Shown: positions 1-11,785, counted from the first letter of the whole stretch. The stretch is 62,919 nucleotides of DNA, filler included, from Bipalium vagum (GCA_037834085.1; 3 parts of 3 records of this genome joined end to end with filler, not necessarily neighbours in it); one strand, 5' to 3'. Notes: generated by a model not told the origin, from the sequence alone. Translations and numbers: made by a program.

Positions 1-226
1 TTATATTTGATCTCTTTTGAGAATAATAATAATAATAAATTTATCTAACGTATTCAGAGCAAATACTCTGCAGTACGCCTTTTTAATAATTTTCCTATTT
101 CTTTTGTTTGTTCTCTTGACAATTTGATTCTGCTTTGCTCTAGGCGACAGAATACGTATTTTTGACATCGGGGCTTCTTCGGTTATCATAAAACCAAGAA
201 GACATTAATTAATTAATTGATATTAT

Positions 227-456
227 TGTAACTATGATAGAAAGATTTGTAATTGTATTACAAAATATATTTTTGTTAACAAAAAACGTGTCATTTTAGT
301 TAATTTAATTAAACTTAGTTCGTATCTATTTGTACCTATTTGTTACACTACCTTTGACGTAGTTGGTTAGCCCAGTTCTAACTTATATCAATAAAGTTAG
401 CATTTTTATATTTTCGAGATTAGATCTCGCAGTAAGTGTCGCATCAAACACTTACA
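227..456 (+). mobile_element. 5' LTR of a Gypsy-type retrotransposon (~230 bp; start could alternatively be 248)
   Basis: Begins TGTAA and ends TTACA (inverted termini), AATAAA at ~390, followed after 2 nt by a primer-binding site and gag. Confidence 0.7.
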
Positions 457-458
457 TT

Positions 459-476
459 TGGTGAGCCCGACGTGAT
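459..476 (+). promoter_or_regulatory. Primer-binding site complementary to tRNA-Trp 3' end
   Basis: TGGTGAGCCCGACGTGAT is 17/18 identical to the canonical tRNA-Trp PBS TGGTGACCCCGACGTGAT; lies 2 nt after the LTR terminal CA. Confidence 0.85.
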
Positions 477-483
477 CATAAAA

Positions 484-2157
484 ATGGGTGAAGAACGAAC
501 TAAAGTTCCAGTATTTAATGGAAATCCAGTAGATTTCCCAGAATTCACATCCGAGTACTATCTCACAATGAAAGCATTGGGGAAGACGGATGAGCAGATG
601 ATGACACGATTACCACTGTCCCTTAGAGGACAAGTGCAGGCTTTGGCTGATCACGAGGCTGCAGTAGCCCTCAACAGCTGAATGAAGGCCCGAATGCAGT
701 GGTACAGCCATACAAACTAATTACCTTTAAAGAGATATTAAAGGAATTAGAATTAAAAGTTCTCACAGGTGATGTGAGCAGATTATTAAGGAATAAAATT
801 TATGAGCTAAAACAGCGTCATAATGAACGTGTAGTAGAATACACGTATCAATTAAATTTATTGACCGAAAGAGCCTTCAGACTAAAATCAAATTGGCCCG
901 CAACTACGACAGTGATCGTAAAGGATCAATGGTGGGCAGGATTAATCCCAGCCACTAGATCTCAATTAGTATTATTTGGCACAGAACCAATGGATCAACT
1001 GGCACATAAGGCCACGATAGTAGAAGAAAGTCTAGAAACAAAACCAGTTTTAACTACTACGGTATCTCATAAAAAAACATGCAGTAATTGCAACCGAATA
1101 GGGCATTCTGCTGAACTTGTCTTTTCAAATCCAGAAATAGCAATAATAATGGTAGCAATAATAATAATAGCAGTAATAATAATAATGATCGAAATAATTA
1201 TAATAATAATAATTATGAAAATAATCTTCAGAAAAGAAGTTCTGTAAGAAATAATGAAAAATCAAAAGCAGAAGTATGTCAGAAATGTGGTAAATCAAAT
1301 CATAACTCAAAAAATTGCTTTTTAACCAATCTTCATTGTCAGAATTGTGGAAGAGATGGGCATTTACAAAAGGTTTGCTGGCGGACGCAGAGAAACCCCA
1401 GAGAGGATGCATCCAGACGAACCACAGTAAATTCAGAGGGTAAAATCCAATGTCACCTATGTGGGATATATGGACATTTAGCCCGAAATTGCACAAAAAC
1501 TAGAAAAAAGGAAAATGAATCAAAAACTCATCTCACCTCAAAAATGGATGAAGAATTTTTTGAAGAAGACAATGGATATGAGTTATATTTAGAGTCACTT
1601 TTGCAAGAGGAGCGTAGGAAAAACGCCCGAAAATCAAACGATGGTAAAATATCGTCCACTATATCGAAATCGTCTAGTCCAAGAGAAGACTCAGAAGACA
1701 TACCTGCACTAGTATTATCAGCAGAGGAAAAATTGAAAAAATAGTTATCAGAACCAATTAATATTGAAAATAGTAATGAAATTTTTACCACACTAAGAGA
1801 CCCTTGTATTAGCAAAAAGCAAAAAGAAATACTGTCAGTTTTAAGAAAATTGGGAACTGAGCAGCAAAAACAATATAAGGCGTTGCAATAAATTGCTCCT
1901 TATTGTGAATTTACTCGTTCTAGTATGTTCGAAGTAAAATTAAAATGGCCCGAAGGTGGTATAACGACAACAATAATGCATCCTTTAATGGATATTGGTG
2001 AGTTTGTACGAGATGTACAAGCCATGTGCTCAGAGCAAAATTAAAAGTTGATATAACTTACTTTACTGAACCATTATTGGAAGATAAAAATCCAATATAA
2101 AACGGTCTATTAGATGGATGGGATAATATTCGTATAAACCCGAAGAGGTGCTCATGA
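484..2157 (+). pseudogene. gag: Degenerate retrotransposon Gag with four CCHC zinc knuckles, acidic linker and C-terminal ubiquitin-like segment
   Basis: ATG at 484; VPVFNGNPVDFPEF..LPLSLRG capsid-like start; LKQRHNERVVEY major-homology-like motif; knuckles CSNCNRIGHSAE(x)C, CQKCGKSNHNSKNC, CQNCGRDGHLQKVC, CHLCGIYGHLARNC; frameshifts near 670, 1117 and 2040; in-frame stops at 1742, ~1890 and 2098. Confidence 0.85.
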
Positions 2158-2859
2158 ATGAAAATTTATTTTATTTTGAAAATATATAAAAATATATAAA
2201 GATTTTAAAATTCATTTTATATTCTTCATTAAAAAATTTCATATATGTAAATATATCTTTTGTGTTATTATTGTAAAGTAATAATTATTAATTCAACTTT
2301 TATTATAAAAAATAAAATTTCAGAACTGATTAAAGTTATGTAAGTTTGTTTATATGCATTATTTTAAGGTAATATAAAATGGATATTGTCTAAGTAAACT
2401 AAAACAGTTTCCATTTTTCAACAATTTTCGGTATTAATGGCTGTGAAGTAGTGTTTTTATGGTTTGAGAATTCTTTTCGATAAGAAAGTATTCCAACTAC
2501 TTGTTTTATAACTGCAGAAAATTATTTGAGGACAAATTATTTCTGAAGGAATAAAAACAAAAGGATATAAATCATAGTAAGGATATTCGACAAAACAACA
2601 TTTTACTGTGAACCAGGTAAATGTAATTTTAATATTTGTGTTCTATTTTTTATGAAAACAAGTAGTAGATATTTATATATTCACTTGAAATAATTATAAA
2701 TTTTTCTTCTGCGCGATGTCTTTTATTTTCGACTTATTTTTAAATATTTTATTTGTATTTTGTCTCAGGATGAAAATTAATAATTATAGCCCTGAAACTA
2801 ATATTAATAACAATTCTGAATTTTTATTGATCATTTATGGTTCTAATGAAGTAAAGTTC

Positions 2860-3610
2860 GCTTGGTATGCAACAAAAACGATAAAAAACCGATTTGTTAC
2901 ACGCTTATTTTGTTTCCGAGACATTGAGAACCGTTGTAGAAACCAATATATCAAACAGTATAAGCAAAATACCTGCAGGCGTTAGTGCTTTTAAAGAAAC
3001 TACATGGAGACATTTTCATAATCTGCGCTTAACCAATAAGACTTATGGAAGTTTTCCTCAAGAATTAATATCGAAACAGACAAATAGGCGATTGAATATT
3101 TTAAGTTAACAATTGCAAGATCCTCAAAGTTTTCTTCCTAAAAAGAATTGTGACTTGTGACGAAAATGGGATTTACTAGTAAAATTGACTTGACAAAGCA
3201 ATGGATTCAGAAAGACCTCTCTGCAAAGCAAGTCCCAATAAGAATCCGCTTCGATAAAGTGTGCGTTCGTGGAATTATGAAGACTTATTTTATTTCGAAA
3301 TTCATATTTATATTTTCAACAAATCGCTAGAATGTAAGCGCTTCTGTACCAACGATATAAAGCATAAAAAAGTTAAGAGTTATTTTTTATTAAGATAATG
3401 TTAGGCTGTTGTAGAAAAACAAAAATGAACAGTCTAGATATTGAAATCCTATCACATTCAGCTTATCGTTCCGATATCAGCTTGCATCTATTTCAATCAA
3501 TGTCTAAATTTTTGAAAGGAAGTAAATTACTAGATCTTACTGATACTATAAAAACATGTGACAAATTCTTTGTATTGCTAAAAGATGGCATATTATTTAC
3601 AGTATAGAAT
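2860..3610 (+). mobile_element. Degenerate mariner transposase remnant
   Basis: RIVTCDE(K)W-like motif ~3145; EILSHSAYRSDIS (HPPYSPDL-like) and LFQSMSKFLKG; many stops and frameshifts. Confidence 0.8.
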
Positions 3611-3677
3611 TCTTATCATCTTATTTAAAATTAATATTAAAACTAGAATACAATGCATTTTTTGAAGCCATCTAGAT

Positions 3678-3953
3678 CAGTGGCCTTCAACCTTCTTTTA
3701 GCCTAACGTCCACTTTTGCTACATTCCCATCTATAAAAAAAAATCTGTAGTCCATCCAAACTTTGAAAAACTTATTAAAATCCAAATAATGTTTATTGAC
3801 AAAAGAGAATTCAATATCTAGAACTAGTATAGTTGAAAGAGTTAATGAGACCCCTGTGCTTGATGTTTCGATGCCAAGGAATTCTTCCTAACGCCTACCA
3901 AATATTTCATAATGCCCACTAGTGGGCGATATCGCCCAGGTTAAAGGCCACTG
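3678..3953. mobile_element. hAT (Charlie/Buster-like) MITE, 276 bp
   Basis: TIRs CAGTGGCCTTCAACCT / AGGTTAAAGGCCACTG; 8-bp TSD ATCTAGAT / ATTTAGAT (7/8). Confidence 0.9.
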
Positions 3954-3968
3954 ATTTAGATAAATTAA

Positions 3969-3971
<3 letters not shown>

Positions 3972-4001
<30 letters not shown>
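3972..4001. repeat. (AT)n microsatellite
   Basis: Perfect dinucleotide run. Confidence 0.95.
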
Positions 4002-4005
<4 letters not shown>

Positions 4006-5329
4006 GTTATTACATAAATTATTTTTTCGCCTCTGTAAATTCTGATAAATGAGGCAAAAACTTTTTTTGTGTTATTACCATTTACAGAGTTTACAAAATT
4101 AATGGAATGGTTAAGCACTTTATGATGCATATTTAGCATATATTCGACCTCACTAGTCATATGTATAGATGATCAATTTTGGTTGTTTTCATATATTTTA
4201 TTTATCTAATCTGGGTTGAAATGGATTATAATAACATCTAGCAGTATTTCTGCATTTTTTTCAATAAATTTTAGAAACAGTTTCCTGTCTAAGGTTCTCT
4301 CTACTTCTCACAAAAATAAACACCTTTAACGTGATGATCACGTTTATATATTCTTTTCCCAAATAGCAACGACTATTTTCTCGAAATTTTCATTTCTTTG
4401 TCATTGAATCGATATCTAATTTAGCATTCATGATTTAGGAAGAATATGAAAATTTTAGCTGAATGTGTTATCATTGTATTCGTTAGGGTTGCAATACAGC
4501 CCTTTAAATAATTATACAATATTTATATACAGTATATATATAATTTATAAATTCTTATTTTTACTATAAATTAAAATTTTTTTACAGGGTTTGTCATGTC
4601 ATTTTATTATTTTATAATTCAATTTTGTTAATTAATAATTAATCTTTGTTTTATACTGTTTACATGTAGCAGAATTAAAAAAATTAAATTAAATTAAAGA
4701 ATTAAAGAATTAAAAAACCAAAATATATTTCCTAGAAGTAGAGAAATATCTAAAATATAGGTATTTCTTAAAATATACCTTTAGGGAGGAAAGAAAAACG
4801 TGAAATAACTTTTATCAAAATTTTAAAAATCCAAACATTAATTTTAAAAAAACTGAGTGTAAACCATTTAGAAATCATTTACAATCTATTTGCTTCCTCT
4901 AAAATTATTTTGAATCCAACCAAAAATTTTCTTATTATTTTTATTAATTAATACAAAATTTTATAACATTTGAAACAAATATTCTTATTTTTTACTTCGT
5001 TTTATTCTGATTTTTAAACTGCATTTGAAAATAAAAGAAAAACTATTGTATATCTTCATCTTGTTTCATTTTTTTAATTTCAAAAAACTAAAAATAATTC
5101 TGTTAAATCTAAATAATTTACTGTTTGTAATAAACTAAAAGTTGAAATTTCATTTTTACTTAAATTTATTACTGTTCAAGAATTTAAAAAGTTTTTGAAT
5201 AATCAGTTATTTTGTTAAATTTTTTTTTACCAAAGTGAGTTATGATAAACTCTAATTTTTCAAATTCTCTTTTTTAGTTCTAATAAATCAATATAGAAAT
5301 TTTGAAGGCGATTTTTATGATTTTCTTTT

Positions 5330-6530
5330 GGGTATTTATACTATTTCTCATCATGTGTGCTAGTGTTTCTGTGATTGTCATTGGTACATTTGTGAATGAC
5401 GTTATTTCCCCTATTATTTTTATTGACATCATTATTCGTGTTTGTCTTAATCATATCAAAAATTTTTACTGACTTCATTTATTATTTTAATCGGTTTTAT
5501 TATATTATTTTGGTTTAATTGATTTTATTATTTTATTATATTAAATTGATTTTATTATATTATTTTGATTAAATTGATTTTATTATGCTTAATTTTTTTT
5601 GTATCACTTATGGGGCTTTAAGCACTTTCCTAATGCCCCTATGGTGGTTTAAAACCCAAATTTTTTGCTATGACTCCAAGTCGAAAAGGATTTGTTGATG
5701 ATACTAAGTTCTTATTTCTTATTGCTGGGGCTGTAGATAATTCTCTGATGCCCTGTAAGATTGGTATTGGGATTTTGCAAATATTCACGACCTCATATAT
5801 ATTATATCCTGAGTCAGGGTTCTTAGGCAATACTTGAAATGATATTCATCCATTCCATGTTCTAATTGATCTTCTGTTATCCCTGTTTGTGGAACATTAA
5901 TTGTTGGTACTCTTCTTCTAGGTGCTACTATTGTATTTAATAATATTTTGCCTTCTAAATCCATTAAAGTTGCTGATAATATTTCTTGGATTTGATTGTG
6001 ATCATATTTCATAGAGTTATGGTTAACATGCGTATATTTTCGGGGTTTACTTCATTGTTTGTAAAGGTTATAGATTCTTTGTTTTCCAGCTGTTTCTTGT
6101 ACTGGTGGAATTCCTCAGGCATTGGTTCAGTTTGAAATGGATTTTCTGTAAAGATTGCTTCTACGGTTATTATTGTATCATTGTTTAGGACTTCGAAACA
6201 GACTATTCTGACGTCCTTTTAGGTTAAAAGCCTTAATTGATTTTTCTTGTCCTACTTGGATGGGGTTAGTTTCAGCTATATGTAATAAAACTGGATTTTT
6301 TTATTACATGTATGTATATGTTTTCGGTTAAACGTCCTTTATTGTTTGTTGTACTTCTGATTAGGTCTTTTCCATTTAGCGTTAGACCTGGCTTGCTCAT
6401 GTAAAAAATCCATAAGCTTTTATTTTGTATTTCGTGTGTTTTACATTGATTGGGAATATCTTTTGGTCTTGGATTATATAGGAAATTTTTGAATTGGTTG
6501 TCTGCCTAGGACTTCTCTGAGTTTTTTGTA
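5330..6530 (-). pseudogene. Decayed intronless ORF containing a REX1/REX4/ISG20-like DEDDh 3'-5' exonuclease domain (~5600-6030)
   Basis: QEILSATLMDLEGKILLNTIVAPRRRVPTINVPQTGITEDQLEHG matches the REX pattern (vsLvD..G.vlldtyVkP..........tGIt.e.L); GIRELST..FRLGVIAKNLG; (H)SPISDT ExoIII-like; catalytic ExoI and ExoII regions damaged by indels. Confidence 0.65.
5470..5590. repeat. Short degenerate tandem repeat (TTTTATTATATTATTTTG..TTAATTGA units)
   Basis: 3-4 imperfect copies visible. Confidence 0.6.
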
Positions 6531-7599
6531 ATTATGATTAAAAGTGAAAAGATAAAATTAAAATTGGTTTTATATACACAAATGTTTTTAATTAAGTGGC
6601 TGTGCATGTTTTTATAAACCTGCACAACCTTTATAATTGTCATTTTGATTTTTGATATAATTTTCTTCTATTGGCTATTTTTACAATTAATATTATTATT
6701 ACCATTAAGCCAATAAATCAAGAAAAGGCACTAAAATTGGAATTAGAATTAGATAAATTAATAAATGATTATAACAGCAAACAATTAGAATTAAACTTAT
6801 CCTCACCATAAAATTATAAGATATTATTAGTTACCATAGAAAAACATAAAGGAACACAGTTAGCAAGAAATTTCATAAATATATTTGTGGAATTACATAA
6901 TAAATTAAATTTATTTAAATTACATAAAAAAGAAACCAGTTATGCATATTATACCATAGAATATATGACAACGAATTTCATAGATAGATGGAGTAATATA
7001 TTTCAGGTTCCTATAAATGAACAATGGATAAAAAATCAAATTTAAATATTACAAAGACACCTATAATAAATAAGATTTCACAAATTGGGAACAAAAAGAA
7101 TGGAAACAAAATAATGATTACATCAATACTAGGTCTGCAACTGTCCTCGGCAAAATTGGTCGTAGCTTTCTGCAAATCCTCCGAAAACGAGACCCACTGT
7201 TTTCCTTCCAAAAATAATATTCTCCTAAACGAAATTATGATAAACTGTTTTTCTTTTTTATATTAACTTAAAAAATATATTGATGTTGTATCATGCTATA
7301 AAATAAAACAAATAAAATTGTATTTTTCAATGACAATGCTATGATATTGTATTTGAATTGGTTAATTGTTGCGACCTTTGATTAAATTTGAGCGTAGTCC
7401 TTTTTGACTTCCACATTAGATATTTATAATATAGAATTTGTGTATAAAATAAATTCTTCTTTTACTATAAATTTTAATAAAAATACTAAGTAATAAAAAT
7501 AAAAACTATGGAGATTGAAATTTTAAAAAAAATTGATTGGAAATAATTAAAAAAAAATTATGGAAACTAAAAAATGTTAAATGGAAATTAATGGAGAAT

Positions 7600-8040
7600 T
7601 TTTGAAAAAATATTTTATTGCATCAACAATTGATAGGCATAAGAAACCAATGAGTTTTTCAAGACTAAATTGCTACGGTTTCGATTACAAAACTTCAAAC
7701 AAAAAGAATAAGATAATTTTTACCATGAAATCTGAAAATTAATTAGAGAAGAGATCCTCAGTTCTGTGATTCCAAACTATTTTTTAAAAAGTGAAAACTT
7801 GAAAAATTTTTAATATTTTTACAAAATTTAATATTAATCAAGCAAATTATCCTTTTACTCAAAATCTAATAGTTGAATTCGCAGTACAATAACAAATCCG
7901 AAAATCTAAGACTTATTAAATTGATAAAAAACACAGCAGCGATGATCAAATTAAATATTGTCTCAAGTCATTTCACCAAATACAATGTCTTAAAATGTTT
8001 GATAAAATCTCCACTATTTATAATCCTGTGTTGTAGCGTA
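7600..8040 (+). mobile_element. Possible MULE transposase remnant
   Basis: NLIVEF (iitDfe-like) and QIKYCL..FH (CxxH-like) motifs in broken frames. Confidence 0.3.
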
Positions 8041-9779
8041 TTACAATAATTATTAAATAAGAATTAAATAAAAAACTAAAGAAAAAAATTTCATTTTTTA
8101 AATTTAAAACAAAAGAAAACGTTCAAAATTATGTTACCTTAAGTCAACTTTGGTTTGCGTTCAACGAAGATTGCCCTGGTCTATTACGACATCCTTCAAC
8201 ACTTTCATCTGTCTTTCAGACAGCATGCAAAGAATTAGTTGGTTCTATTCCGGACATCCAGAAAAATTCTTAATATTTTCCCATTTATTTCTACCTCAAC
8301 TCATGAATAATTAGCGTTGAAAACAGTAAATTTAAAACTACTTCCAAGTTTGTCAAAATTGATTACTTTCAACTTAATCTGGACATGAATTTTTAAAAAA
8401 AATGTTTTATTAGTATTATTATTATCATTAATATACCTTTAAAATGGTGACTCTAAAAAAGGGTACAGACCGGGGAATCAACCGCCAGTTATTCTTAATA
8501 ATAAATCTGTGAAAGTCAAACAGAAAGGAAATATTTTTCAAGTACCAATTATCAAGCTCTAAATTTTTATTCAAGAAGGCAGAAAACCTTTTGTCATTGT
8601 GATTTGATTACTTTAATTACATTTTATTGTAGCGGGGTGAAAGCAGTCTATTATTCAATTGATATTTAGTTACTTTGTTCACATTTTCTTTTAATATTTT
8701 AGGTGAAATAATAATCAATAATCAATGAAAAGTTTTTAAAAAAATGTTAATAATAGAAAAATTAATTATTAACTTGTCATTCAAAAGTGAAGAGCATAGC
8801 TGAGCTAGCAGAAGGAAAGCGTGATTGATCTAGAAAGAAAAATATAATAATAAAATAAAAATACTTCTCCATAACAGTCTTCAAAGTTTTCCATCCTGAA
8901 AAACGTAAACAAAATGAATTCTCTTACGATCCTTTAATTGAAACTGAAACTGATTCTTGTCTAAAAAATTAAAAATACAGAAATCAATAACACTCACAGA
9001 ATCTTACAGGAAATAAATAAATAATAAATTATACGTATAAATTATGACATAAAATTAATATAAAGTAATATATTTAATAAAAAGTAAGCTTAATATGATG
9101 ATATCCGTCTAGAAGATAGTTAGCGGCATTGAGATTAAAGAAAATTTAGTAAAATAAGATGAAAGAAGCTCGAAAGGTTGAGAAGAAGACTGGCTTATAT
9201 GGATATACCACCTGTCAGCTTAAAGGAAATGCTGCAAAAAAAAGGAAAGTAAAAATAAATAATCGCAATAATTCAACGATGTTTCCACTAGACATCACAA
9301 GGACGAACTGCTCAGCAAGAAATTTGCTCTTGTGCATGAACAAGAAATTTACCTACACCAAGAAAATGTGTCAACAATTTTTAGTCTTCTCAAAAAAATA
9401 TATATCTAAAAGTTAATTTATAAAAATTTAATTAATTGATAAGTTAAAACAAATGCCTAACCTTGAAATTTGGAACAGCACATATTTGAAATTCGTGCGC
9501 ATGGATGTAAATTCATTATGCTCATCCGAAAATATATTTATATATTTGTTAAACAATTCTTAATTATGATAGTTAAGCAAAACTAATTAACCATACTATT
9601 TAAATAATGTTTATAAAATTAATATTCTTTAGAATATATAAGAAGTAATTATTTTGGTAATAAGAGTTTTTTATAACCAAATATTGATAGAAAATTTTAT
9701 TCGGTTAAATATTAAGTATTTTAATATTTTTTCAATGTTATAAAGTAGCAATTATATTCAATAGGTTAAGTGCAGAAAT

Positions 9780-10210
9780 AACTTAAATCAGTTATTTTAT
9801 CTGTTGATCTATTGATCCAAAAATTATTAAAGTTTTCGGAGGTATGGTAATGTAAGAAAGAAATGAAGTCAGCTAATGACGACATCAGTCTTTTTGAATG
9901 AGAGTAAACATGCTAATGATTAGTATAACTCTAAACTTTGACTCTGTGCGAATATATCATGAAGAGCTTTGTCCTGAACACGTATTCCAAAGCGACCATC
10001 TGATCTGAATGATATATCTACGATGCCAACACCATTATATAATTGGAGTTCTTGATTCTATCCTTTTCAATGGTAGGTTATTGGGTTCGACTCTCTACAG
10101 TCAAATAATTCTGTCAACTGAAATAATGACTTGCTTATTGCATTTTTAAAGTCCATTGTATCAAATTCTTTTTGGTTTTGCTCAGGGTGGGACAAATAAC
10201 CATTAAAAAG
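9780..10210 (-). mobile_element. Possible non-LTR retrotransposon remnant (post-RT region, CRE/R2-like)
   Basis: ISFRSDGRFGIRVQDKALHDIFA resembles the asLp...GGLGir...la..afla motif. Confidence 0.3.
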
Positions 10211-10339
10211 TTTCTTAATTTTAGTTATTGATGAGTAATGAGACAAGGACTAGTAATTTCTTGACCAAAGAATAAAATGGATCCAGAAAATATATATTAG
10301 TACTACTAATAAAAAAAATATAAAAACAAAACCAACCTT

Positions 10340-11050
10340 ACTGTTCATTATGTAAAATATAATCAAACTATGGGACATTTTCTAGCGAATATTTGGGTGA
10401 CAATAAATCTATATAGAAAACGTACTATATCCTACAGAAGATATTTTCTGTGAATTGAAATTTAAAATATGGAATATGGTTATTTTGGTATATTATAAAA
10501 CTATAAACACATAATATTCAATGGATATATTTCAGAAAAATTACAAAAGGATACATATTCGAATAGTAAGAAGTGGAAAAGATTCTTAATAATACTGTTA
10601 ATAAATTAAATACTCTGAAAGATATTGGTTAAAAGTAATTTAAAATAAAAAAACAGGAAAATGGATGAAATCAAGCGATTACTAAGAAAACTATTTTCAA
10701 TAGAAATTTTCAAAACGCGACAGAGGAAGCTATTGTAAAAATTTAACGACATTTAAAACGAAACATTATTTAAAAATTAAAACACCAACGCTTACAACAT
10801 TGCTATTAAATTCGTATGCCAATTTAAATGTTATGAATATAATAGTCAATGTAGAAATGGACTGACTAAATTTTGAATGTTCATTAATAAGCAGGAGCAG
10901 TAAAGTTTAAAACTATTACACGAATAGCACTGTAAGAAAAAGAAAGTTAATATTGAAATATTTAGAATTTTTCTTAATAACAAAGAAAGAAAGATATGCG
11001 AATCATTATTGATTAGAGAAAGAAATCCACAAATCAATATAAAAACTGAG
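10340..11050 (+). mobile_element. Penelope-like element remnant (RT C-terminus + GIY-YIG)
   Basis: TMGHFLANIW, IYRKRT, VCQFKCYEYNSQ (VY..kC..C...YiG-like), ERKICESLLIRERNPQIN. Confidence 0.75.
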
Positions 11051-11755
11051 ATTTTTATTGAGCTGAGGTCTCATTATTTTGAATATTAATAACAAATTTT
11101 TCTTTCTTCATTATCAAAATTACTCATTACTACAGAAAATTCATTTTCATTCGTATATTTCTATTTTCTTACAACTTCAAATTGTTTTTTGAGAATGCTC
11201 ACTAATTCGAGTTTCTAGGTGACATTCTCTAATGAATAATTAATTTCTCTCTTGTACTGATATTATCTTTGACCCATATGATTTTGTTTTTGATGTTTTT
11301 TAAATCCACCAGAAAATGGAATTTCAATTATATTAAACTGTTTCTTTTTATTGTATTTTTACTCATAAATCTTAAATTTATCCTTCGTTACTTTTATAAA
11401 TTTTTCACTTTTCCATTCATATTAATATTTTGCTTTCATCCAAGTCAAAATTCAACCTGCTTATAGTCCGATGTTAATGACCAAACTCTGAGTATGGACC
11501 TATAGTTAAACTTATATAACATTAGCTATTGTTTGATGTCCACAATCAAGTATCTACTTTCTTTCTATAAATTGATAATTTCCACGTTTTATGACCAAAA
11601 AATCTAAAAATAGTAATTTATTTCCTTTCATTTTTCAATGATGAATTTTATATTCTAATGCAGATTATTCATGTATTTTAGGAATGAATCGATTTCTCAT
11701 TTTTCAATATTAGAAATGCATCTTCAACATTATTTTTAAACACCAAATGATCTCT
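11045..11755 (-). mobile_element. Penelope-like element remnant (RT domains 5-7 + GIY-YIG)
   Basis: FKNNVEDAFLI (RYVDD), MNNLH*NIKFIIE, NKLLFLDFLVIK, YRK..DT, HLETRISEH, MRPQLNKN. Confidence 0.85.
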
Positions 11756-11785
11756 TATATATAATTAAATATTATATTATATATA

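Noticed and set aside
1-189. Basic 62-aa ORF on the minus strand
   Set aside because: No recognisable motif; short and at the window edge
1125-1815. Minus-strand ORFs and the poly-Ile tail of ORF 699-1247
   Set aside because: Shadows or wrong-frame readings of the Asn-rich gag frame
1742-2100. Repeated in-frame TAA/TAG in otherwise coding-like frames, suggesting stop-to-Gln recoding
   Set aside because: The same ORFs also contain frameshifts, and the host p85 exon ends normally at TAG; ordinary pseudogene decay explains it
2324-2622. Exon-like AG...GT segments (2324-2339, 2518-2616)
   Set aside because: The longer one has stops in all three frames; such signals are common in AT-rich DNA
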